Source: an uncultured Eubacteriales bacterium (lineage in GTDB: Bacteria; Bacillota; Clostridia; TANB77; CAG-508). Taken from it: a stretch of 64,000 nucleotides of DNA. The stretch's first letter is position 1; each line of letters begins with the position of its first letter. The stretch covers positions 204 to 64,203 of the forward strand of contig CASEEU010000086.1 of NCBI GenBank assembly GCA_949287075.1, given 5' to 3'. Both the position numbers and the translations under genes were made by a program. Under the pieces are notes generated by a model. That model saw only the letters and a program-made list of their open reading frames with translations, was not told where the DNA came from and ran no database searches. Of the stretch, positions 57,069-64,000 are shown piece by piece.

Positions 57069-59351
57069 CAGAATTTCAAGTAAACTTTCAATATCTTTTT
57101 TACAATTCATCATTTCATAATCTTTAACAGCTTTTTGACAAAACTCTTGTGCTTTTTCAAAGTCATTTATATAGACAGAATATATGGTTTGTAATCGATA
57201 ATACAAAGCTTCATTTCGAATATCATCTAAATCATTGTCTTTTAGAAAATTTTCGCAAGCTTTTAATTCTGAATCAGCTTTTTCCAAAAGATTAGTATTT
57301 TTGGTAGTTGCATAATTTTCTAATAGTAAAGAAATTAATAAAAGGCGATAATCAGCTTGACCACGAGTGAAGTTGGCAAGCTTTGCTTCTTCTAATCGCT
57401 GAATTAACATTTCGTATTTTAAATCAAAAGTATTTTCAATTTTTAGATAACATCTGGTAATCCACAAATCTGTTACCAATTTTCTGTATTCGTTAATATA
57501 AGGAAAATAGTTTGCTTTGATATTCATCCATATATCATAGCTTTCTTTATAATCCTTTAAACAGTTACAAGTATACAAAGCTTTTACATGATAAAACAAG
57601 CAAACAATACGTTTTTCTAAAGAATCTTTTTCTTTGTCAACAATTTTTGAGGCAATAGCTAAATATTTCTCAGCTTCTTCTTGATTTTGTGATTTAGACA
57701 TAATATTAATATAATCACATAAAGCTTCTAATTCTTCATTTTTATCTTGAATTTCATTTGCCATTTTCGCTCTTTTTAAATGAGGAGAATCTTCTCCTTT
57801 TTCCCACATACCTCTAACATAAATGTAGTATTTTAAATTTCTAATTATCGTAATATATTCTTTATATAATTTGTTTTCTTCTAGCATATTTAAAACTTGC
57901 TTTGTAATGTTCCATTCATCTAATTCATCAAATAATTTTAATTTAGAAATATCATTATAACATTCACCAACATAGGCAGATTTATCTATATAAAATTTTG
58001 CTAATTGTTTCAAAAATGTTTCTTTATCAAAATCTTCATCAGAAGCATTTACTAAGACAAGTGTTTTGATTAAATTGTGCATATCTAATCTAGGATTGTT
58101 TTGAATAATTGGGATTAATAAATCATTTGTATAACATTCTGTAATCGCTTCTTGCCAGTCAGTTGATAATATATCTAAATGTAATATGTAAGAAACGAGT
58201 TCAATTGAGATGGTATATTTGAAATTTGCACAAATAATGACGATTTTTTTAGCGATTGGACTTAATTCTTCCCATATATCATGAATGATTTTTTCTGACA
58301 TGAGTTTATAATCTTCATTTGTTTTTGTATATTTAGAAATGGCATTTTCCAAAGAGATTCCAAGTTTATTGGCATTCACAATTTTTTTCATTAAATAGAT
58401 AGAGGCAAATGGAATGCCACCAGTAATGGAATATAATGTGTCAACTAGTGAAGAGTGCATATCCATAATTTTTTTAAAATCTTCAGTTGTATAAAGCATA
58501 GCTTCTAGCTCTTCTTTAGAAATAAAGTCATTAATACAAAAACTAGAACAATAAGTATCTAATGCATTCTCATATTGATGATAAGGGGTAGAAGTAATCA
58601 TTACGATTTTTGAAAATTTAGAAAAATTCTTTATACATGTAATGGTTTCATCTTGGATAATGTCATCATCAAAATCGAATATAAGGATAGACTTACTATT
58701 TTTTATAAACTCAAGACAAGCATCTTGTTTTTCTTCAGGTTTGATTTCTGCTTTATTTTCTAAATTGAAAAGCAAAATGGTATCTAAAATCGTAGATAGC
58801 TGATGTTCCTTTTTTAGATTGATCCAAATCATATTTTCAAATTTGTTTTTTAAGCTCAAATCATACATATATGCCATAACAGATTTTGATTTTCCACCTA
58901 ATTTATATCCATAAATATAAGCAATATTAATAGGATGATTGATAAAATCATCTAAAAATGAAGTGAGTTTTTGAGATCGAATAATTTTGCTTAAGTCTTG
59001 AGGAATTAAATTATTTTTTGTTTGGATAGTTGTATCCTGAAAAACAACTGTATTGGTAGCAGATAAATAATTTTTAGCAAATGCATCAATCTTAAAATCA
59101 TCCACTTGTACTAATTTTGCATATTCTAGAATTCCTTGAAGAAAACTAGGAATGTCTTTGGGAATACTACCAGTTAAGAATTTTCGGATACTCACTTCTG
59201 CATAATGTGTATAATCTGCAATTCTTGTATAGATATATGTTTTACTAGGCAATTCTCCTTTTATATTATGTTTTTTTATAGATAGTTTCATTTCATTAAT
59301 AAAATCAGATAATAATTTTGCTCTATTTGTTTTTAAGATATCTTGTTCCAT
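57060..59351 (-). CDS. STAND-class regulator-like protein: XRE-like HTH + NB-ARC NTPase + TPR-like repeats
   Basis: The HTH-like segment is IADYTHYAEVSIRKFLTGSIPKD. Walker A is GYKLGGKSKS and Walker B is ILIFDFDDD. KIVMITSTP follows, and the GxP motif is TGGIPFA. The C-terminal ~350 aa are helical repeats. GGAGG lies 5 nt before the ATG at 59351, and an extended -10 is upstream. Confidence 0.7.
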   Translation of the reverse strand: MEQDILKTNRAKLLSDFINEMKLSIKKHNIKGELPSKTYIYTRIADYTHYAEVSIRKFLTGSIPKDIPSFLQGILEYAKLVQVDDFKIDAFAKNYLSATNTVVFQDTTIQTKNNLIPQDLSKIIRSQKLTSFLDDFINHPINIAYIYGYKLGGKSKSVMAYMYDLSLKNKFENMIWINLKKEHQLSTILDTILLFNLENKAEIKPEEKQDACLEFIKNSKSILIFDFDDDIIQDETITCIKNFSKFSKIVMITSTPYHQYENALDTYCSSFCINDFISKEELEAMLYTTEDFKKIMDMHSSLVDTLYSITGGIPFASIYLMKKIVNANKLGISLENAISKYTKTNEDYKLMSEKIIHDIWEELSPIAKKIVIICANFKYTISIELVSYILHLDILSTDWQEAITECYTNDLLIPIIQNNPRLDMHNLIKTLVLVNASDEDFDKETFLKQLAKFYIDKSAYVGECYNDISKLKLFDELDEWNITKQVLNMLEENKLYKEYITIIRNLKYYIYVRGMWEKGEDSPHLKRAKMANEIQDKNEELEALCDYINIMSKSQNQEEAEKYLAIASKIVDKEKDSLEKRIVCLFYHVKALYTCNCLKDYKESYDIWMNIKANYFPYINEYRKLVTDLWITRCYLKIENTFDLKYEMLIQRLEEAKLANFTRGQADYRLLLISLLLENYATTKNTNLLEKADSELKACENFLKDNDLDDIRNEALYYRLQTIYSVYINDFEKAQEFCQKAVKDYEMMNCKKDIESLLEILKR

Positions 59352-59445
59352 ATGTTCCTCCATCAATAACAAAATCTATCTTTATTATACCATTATGTTA
59401 TATAAAAGTACAAGGATAGAGGGTAATATCTCCATAAAGAAAATA

Positions 59446-59472
59446 AAAATTGATAATTTTTTTATCAATTTT
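59446..59472. promoter_or_regulatory. Perfect 11-bp inverted repeat in the divergent control region (candidate operator)
   Basis: aaaattgataa-ttttt-ttatcaatttt, lying between the divergent STAND gene and the RtcB-like operon. Confidence 0.4.
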
Positions 59473-59631
59473 AAAAAACTGTATTTTGAAAAGTTTAATA
59501 ATTGAGATTAACATAAAATAAAATAGGCATATATTGAGCAGGAAACTAAATGCTTGAAAATGCGAAACTTGAATTCTTTAGTAAAGGATTTGTAACCAAA
59601 AACATTTAATGTAAAAAAAGGAGGAGACAAT

Positions 59632-60705
59632 ATGATTTATAATTTGACATTAAATGATAGAACACAGAAGAAAGTGCTTCGGGAGTTAGAAACAACAGAA
59701 AAGTTGATTTCGAAAGTTGCGACAAAACTTTCATCAACACAGAAAACTTGTGATATTTATGCAATGTCTGATTTAGGGATTGCACATAATGTTACAAGAA
59801 TGAGAGGTGGTTTCTTTACAGGAGCTGCATATGTCTGGGAACAACCAGATACTCCATTCATTCCTGTAGATACTACAATCAATGTATGTGGCACAGCTTT
59901 GTATAAAATAAATTCTGATATGAATATAACAGAATTTAGAAAGAGATGTGAGAAAGCTTTAGCAGATACATCGAAGTATGACTGGAATTTTACCAATGGT
60001 AACCATTTTATTTCTTTATGTTATTCGGAAAATAACATGGGAATGCAGGAAGGTTACTATATGCTTGTCCATGCTTCAGCATGCGAATACAAAGAAGAGT
60101 TATATCCAGTTATAGGAAACTGGTACTATAATAGTATTGTAACAGAAAGATTGGGAGAGTACCAGTATCTGAGATTTATTAAAGGAGAGAAAGTAGTAAG
60201 ATTTTATCAAATAGCAAAAATGCTGGAATCCTTTAATAGAGAAAGAAATTATAATTTTTGCAAGCAAGTTTTATCAGAAAAAATGGAAAATGAAATCTTG
60301 AATGTAGCTCATTATGGAATGCCAAGTATATATGAAGTATTGATTGGTGTTCAGAAAACTGCAGGACTTGCAACGTTATTAACAAGTCTAGGAAAAAATG
60401 TGTATATAGTGAAGAAAAAAGAAAAATCTGAAAATCATTATATTCCACATGGTTTTGGCTTAGAATTACCAGAAAATAGTGATTTTGCCTATTGCGAAAA
60501 TGGTATACAAATAGGTAAAAAGGAATTTTTTTCTGGTAGTATTACAATTGGAGAAGATGCGATTAACCGGCATGGATTTCCTGAAAAGGATAACGAGCTG
60601 AGAAATTATGCTAGAAAAATAGCAAAAATCAATGAATTAGAGATTTGTGCAGAATTGAAACAGATTTGCAGTTTTTCTACAAAGGGTTTTAAAATATGGA
60701 GGTAA
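59632..60705 (+). CDS. Divergent RtcB-like protein (putative RNA 3'-phosphate ligase superfamily member)
   Basis: Its motifs run collinear with my memory of E. coli RtcB: YAMSDLG / VMPDVHLG; PVDTTINVCG / GVDIGCGM; TNGNHFISL / GTGNHFIEI; MLVHASACEY / MLHSGSRGIG; NVAHYG / NCHHNY; SLGKNVYIVKK / SMGAKSFIVRG; IPHGFG / CSHGAGR; and a C-terminal ..KG. RBS AAAGGAGGAG. Confidence 0.45.
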   Translation: MIYNLTLNDRTQKKVLRELETTEKLISKVATKLSSTQKTCDIYAMSDLGIAHNVTRMRGGFFTGAAYVWEQPDTPFIPVDTTINVCGTALYKINSDMNITEFRKRCEKALADTSKYDWNFTNGNHFISLCYSENNMGMQEGYYMLVHASACEYKEELYPVIGNWYYNSIVTERLGEYQYLRFIKGEKVVRFYQIAKMLESFNRERNYNFCKQVLSEKMENEILNVAHYGMPSIYEVLIGVQKTAGLATLLTSLGKNVYIVKKKEKSENHYIPHGFGLELPENSDFAYCENGIQIGKKEFFSGSITIGEDAINRHGFPEKDNELRNYARKIAKINELEICAELKQICSFSTKGFKIWR

Positions 60706-60709
60706 GTGT

Positions 60710-61258
60710 ATGGTGCTATATGTAACAAGACACGGTGAAACAGCCTGGAACTTGTATGGAAAAGTACAAGGAAAAGCAGATATTTTGCTTAATAGTAAAG
60801 GAATAGAACAGGCAAAAGAAACAATGGAAAAGCTAAAAGAAGAAAACATTGATTTCATTATCTGTTCTCCTTTAAAAAGAGCAAGACAGACGGCTGAGAT
60901 TATTAACGCAGAGAAAAACATTCCCATTATCTTTGATGAAAGAATTTCTGAAAGAGATTTTGGAGAAATGGAAGGAATGTCTAAAGATGATTTTGATTTT
61001 CAGGGATTTTGGAATTACGAGAAAAATGTAACTTATGAAAAAGCTGAAAATATCAGAGTTTTCTTTAATAGAATATTTTTATTTTTAGATGAGATAAAAA
61101 AGAAATATAAAGATAAGAATATTTTATTTGTAACTCATGGAGGCGTTAGTATAGCCATTAACTGCTATTTCAATGGAATACCTGAAAGTGGAGCATGTTT
61201 ACCACTATGTATCAAAAACTGTGAGGTAAAAAGTTTTCATTTTCAAATAACATATTAG
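60710..61258 (+). CDS. Histidine phosphatase superfamily protein (PGAM-like), canonical active site
   Basis: YVTRHGETAWN, SPLKRARQTA, ERDFGEMEG and VTHGG. GGAGG lies 7 nt upstream, inside the 3' end of the preceding gene. Confidence 0.8.
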   Translation: MVLYVTRHGETAWNLYGKVQGKADILLNSKGIEQAKETMEKLKEENIDFIICSPLKRARQTAEIINAEKNIPIIFDERISERDFGEMEGMSKDDFDFQGFWNYEKNVTYEKAENIRVFFNRIFLFLDEIKKKYKDKNILFVTHGGVSIAINCYFNGIPESGACLPLCIKNCEVKSFHFQITY

Positions 61259-61268
61259 GAGAGTGCAT

Positions 61269-61799
61269 ATGAAACAAATCATTTTTTTGCGACATGCAAA
61301 GACTGAAATGAATGAAAAATGTCGGTTTTGTGGCATAATAGATACAGGTATCACAGAAGAGGGAAGAAGACAGGCAGAAAAAATGCAAGAAACATTTAAA
61401 GAATATCATTTTGATGCAATGTATTGTTCACCTCTTAAAAGAACAAAACAGACTTTAGAGGCTATTTTCCAAAATCGGGAATTCATTGAAGAGGATGGAT
61501 TTATAGAAATCAGTCTTGGAGATTGGGAAGGATTGAAAAAGGAGACTATTAGTCAGAAACTTCGAAAAGCCTTTCAGCGAGGAGAGTATGCACCACCTCA
61601 TGGTGAAAAGCATGAAGACATAGAAGCAAGAGTAAAAGAAGCAATTGAAAGAATCTTTGCAACTTATCCGGACGGTTCTGTAATTCTGGTATGTACAAGT
61701 AACGGAATTATGCGAACAATTAAGAGAATCTATGGTATCAAAACTGAAAAAATGATGTCAGGCAACTTAGAATTTTTTTCTTTGAAGAGAGAAGCGTGA
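61269..61799 (+). CDS. Histidine phosphatase superfamily paralog with a degenerate second catalytic His
   Basis: IFLRHAKTEMN, SPLKRTKQT and ISLGDWEG are present. The position of the (T/S)HGG motif reads CTSNG. AGGAGAG lies upstream of the ATG at 61269. Confidence 0.7.
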   Translation: MKQIIFLRHAKTEMNEKCRFCGIIDTGITEEGRRQAEKMQETFKEYHFDAMYCSPLKRTKQTLEAIFQNREFIEEDGFIEISLGDWEGLKKETISQKLRKAFQRGEYAPPHGEKHEDIEARVKEAIERIFATYPDGSVILVCTSNGIMRTIKRIYGIKTEKMMSGNLEFFSLKREA

Positions 61800-61810
61800 A
61801 AAAATATGAA

Positions 61811-61849
61811 AATAGAGTCTAGAAAGAATGTTTTTGGACTCTATTTTTA
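61811..61849 (+). terminator. Intrinsic terminator closing the RtcB-like/phosphatase operon
   Basis: aatagagtc / gactctatt, a 9-bp stem with a 17-nt loop, followed by ttttt. Confidence 0.6.
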
Positions 61850-61928
61850 TGAGTGAAATATTGTTCAATAAGGAAAAATTTACAAAATACTAAATGTATG
61901 GTATAATTAAATATGTGGAAGTGATGCT

Positions 61929-62633
61929 ATGAATAAAAAAGATATAAAAGCTATTTTGATGTCAATGAGAACAAGTGAAAATGATGCAATGATAAATAAA
62001 CTATTAGGAAAAATAGATATGATAGATGATATAGTATTACAAAATGCAGTTGAGCAAGTTGGAGGGACAAAAGAGGATGTAAGAGCATTTTGGGAAAAGA
62101 AAATATCAGGAAAACGATATGACAAAACAGAAAAACATATACCTATAAATGATATGTTTTTCTATGGAATATCTGAAAATAATATTCATCTTCATTTGCC
62201 TGTGGATTTACATCAAATGATTTCCCAAAAAGGAATTTCTAGAACAATTGATATAGTTAATTTATATCTATTAGATGCGATAGATAGACTAAAAGCTTTA
62301 AAGGACGAGGGCTACTACAAATTTCAAGGAAAAACTGGTATATATATGATTTCTCCTTTGTTAGCAGGAAGAGAAAGAAAATTTTTAGAAAATTTAGATT
62401 TTAGTACTAGAATTTACAAGAAAAAAGAGTTAAACAATGAAGAATTTTTAAAAGAAAATATCGAGGCTAAGTTAGCCACAGATGTTTTTGGAAAAGGAAA
62501 ACAAGTGGGAGTAGCAAGTATAAAATTTGATACAATATCTTCAGAAGAATGGCAAGAGAAAAAACAACAAGTAATAAAAGATTTGGAAAGCAAAGGAATT
62601 ACGTTAAATGAGAAGAAAAGTGTAGAAAAATAA
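61929..62633 (+). CDS. Hypothetical 234-aa protein, no recognisable motif
   Basis: It has its own extended -10 promoter (tggtataat at about 61900) and the RBS GGAAGTGA. Its composition is like the host background. Confidence 0.5.
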   Translation: MNKKDIKAILMSMRTSENDAMINKLLGKIDMIDDIVLQNAVEQVGGTKEDVRAFWEKKISGKRYDKTEKHIPINDMFFYGISENNIHLHLPVDLHQMISQKGISRTIDIVNLYLLDAIDRLKALKDEGYYKFQGKTGIYMISPLLAGRERKFLENLDFSTRIYKKKELNNEEFLKENIEAKLATDVFGKGKQVGVASIKFDTISSEEWQEKKQQVIKDLESKGITLNEKKSVEK

Positions 62634-62682
62634 TAAGAATATAAAAATACCTATGCATATGTGAAAATTTGAATATAAGTTT

Positions 62683-62711
62683 AACCCGAGGGAATGTTTC
62701 CCTCGGGTTTG
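62683..62711. terminator. GC-rich hairpin terminator
   Basis: aacccgagggaa-tgt-ttccctcgggtt, a perfect 12-bp stem. Confidence 0.7.
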
Positions 62712-62740
62712 TGCATATAAATCCATTTTGAATATGTAGA

Positions 62741-62781
62741 GTGTCCCTTTTGGACAAAAAATGTCCATTTTGACACGTCCC
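62741..62781 (-). repeat. Structured 3'-UTR element directly after the spoIVA stop; related to 21435..21480
   Basis: The minus strand reads tag-ggacgtgtcaaaatggacattttttgtccaaaagggacac. The inner stem is tggaca/tgtcca with a U5 loop. The outer stem is gtgtc/gacac. No U-run follows. Confidence 0.55.
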
Positions 62782-64000
62782 TAAAGGATAATACAGATTA
62801 ATCCGCCACTTCCTTCATTAACAATTCTTTCTAATGTTTCTTGTAACTTAATTTGTGCTTCTTCAGGCATTTTAGCAAGTTTGGTTTGTAAGCCTTCATT
62901 TACCAATTCATGTAAGCTTTTTCCAAAGATATTTGATTCCCAGATTTTTTGAGGTTCACTTTCAAATCCAGAAAGTAAGTAATTGACTAATTCTTCAGAT
63001 TGTTTTTCAGAACCAACGATTGGGCAAACTTCAGTTGCAACATTTGTCTTTATAAGGTGAATAGAAGGCGCCATGGCTTTTAGTTTTACACCAAATTTAG
63101 AACCTTGTTTTACCATTTCTGGTTCTTCTAAGATTAATTCATCCATTGAAGGGGTGACAATTCCATAACCTTTTCTATTAACTTCATCTAGTGCATAAGC
63201 GATTTTATCATATTTCTTTTTGACATCAGCCAATTCAGAGATAATGCTAAATAAATCACCTTCATTAGAAACAGGAACACCAGTGATTTCTGTCAATACT
63301 TGGTAGAATAATTCTTCTTTTAACGTAATTTCTACGTTAACTCTTCCTGTACCTAATTGAATATCTGTTATAGAAGTTTTTGAAATGATTTCTGTTTGTT
63401 TAATGGTATCTGCACAGCCTGAGATTTCTTTTAGGATATTTACATTAGAAAAAGCATCTTTAATTTCTTTAAATAATTCTGTTTTTAAAGGGTGTGACAT
63501 ATCTAATCCATCAATCCATCTAGGGAATTTGATGCAAATTTGGTCAACGGGAAATTCATATAATACTTTAGAAAACATGGTATTGATATTTTCAATCGTC
63601 AAATATTCACAATTAAGAGGCATAACAGATGTATTGTATTTTTCGCTTAGTTCTTCTGCAAGCTCTTTGGTATAATCTGAATCAGGGTCATTTGAATTTA
63701 ATAAAATGATAAATGGTTTGTTCAAGGATTTTAATTCATTAACAACTCTTTCTTCGGCTTTAATATAATCTTCTCTAGGAATGTCTGTAATAGTTCCATC
63801 AGTTGTTACTAAAACACCAATGGTAGAATGTTCTTCAATTACTTTTTTTGTCCCAATTTCAGCAGCAGTTTCAAAAGGAATTTCTTCCTCAGACCAAGGG
63901 GTCTTTACCATTCTAGGCATGTCATCTTCTAAATAACCAATCGCATTATCTACTAAATAGCCAACACAATCTACTAATCTTGCCTTAAATTTTAAATTAT
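62781..64000 (-). CDS. spoIVA: Stage IV sporulation protein A (partial; the N-terminus lies beyond the window end)
   Basis: PWSEEEIPFETAAEIGTKKVIEEHSTIGVLVTTDGTI... The reading frame stays open upstream of the Met at 63920 (..KFKARLVDCVGYLVDNAIGYLEDDMPRMV), matching the SpoIVA middle region. Confidence 0.9.
   Translation of the reverse strand, partial: NLKFKARLVDCVGYLVDNAIGYLEDDMPRMVKTPWSEEEIPFETAAEIGTKKVIEEHSTIGVLVTTDGTITDIPREDYIKAEERVVNELKSLNKPFIILLNSNDPDSDYTKELAEELSEKYNTSVMPLNCEYLTIENINTMFSKVLYEFPVDQICIKFPRWIDGLDMSHPLKTELFKEIKDAFSNVNILKEISGCADTIKQTEIISKTSITDIQLGTGRVNVEITLKEELFYQVLTEITGVPVSNEGDLFSIISELADVKKKYDKIAYALDEVNRKGYGIVTPSMDELILEEPEMVKQGSKFGVKLKAMAPSIHLIKTNVATEVCPIVGSEKQSEELVNYLLSGFESEPQKIWESNIFGKSLHELVNEGLQTKLAKMPEEAQIKLQETLERIVNEGSGGLICIIL

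Overview
This is a 64-kb chromosomal segment from a very AT-rich, endospore-forming Firmicute that looks Clostridia-like. Hand counts on typical 60-nt lines give 12-17 G+C. I call about 62 protein-coding genes. I recognised no rRNA, tRNA, CRISPR array, IS transposase or prophage. Core content: DNA repair and recombination (mutY, recN, recA, recX, dps, an EndoQ-like gene, xerD, scpA); metabolism (udk, murI, apt, eno, dxs); translation and tRNA modification (tsaE, a tsaB-rimI fusion, rlmN, ychF); and a strong sporulation signature (spoIIM, ytfJ, spoIIAA-spoIIAB-sigF, spoIID, a SpoIIQ-like M23 protein, partial spoIVA). Accessory content: an HNH/flavoprotein/HAD cassette bounded by a direct repeat of at least 52 bp; a VWA surface protein; an alpha/beta-hydrolase + HxxxD-acyltransferase + membrane-protein trio; an Rpn-family nuclease; a GC-elevated GH13 glycosidase islet; a minimal sortase/LPKTG pair; a MarR + heterodimeric ABC exporter; a flavodiiron protein; and a bile-salt-hydrolase-family gene. 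Two genes look frameshifted: mutY, and an ABC ATPase interrupted inside its Walker A motif. The best candidate for something new is the 57.06-62.63 kb block between rlmN and spoIVA. It holds an HTH-NB-ARC-TPR (STAND) protein transcribed divergently from a compact, GC-elevated operon. That operon encodes a divergent RtcB-like protein plus two histidine-phosphatase (PGAM-type) paralogs, one of which lacks the second catalytic His. One side of the block is bordered by a 38-bp-arm perfect palindrome that contains the stop codons of both convergent genes. All homology calls were made by eye from motifs and from remembered family sequences, so they need HMM or structure confirmation.
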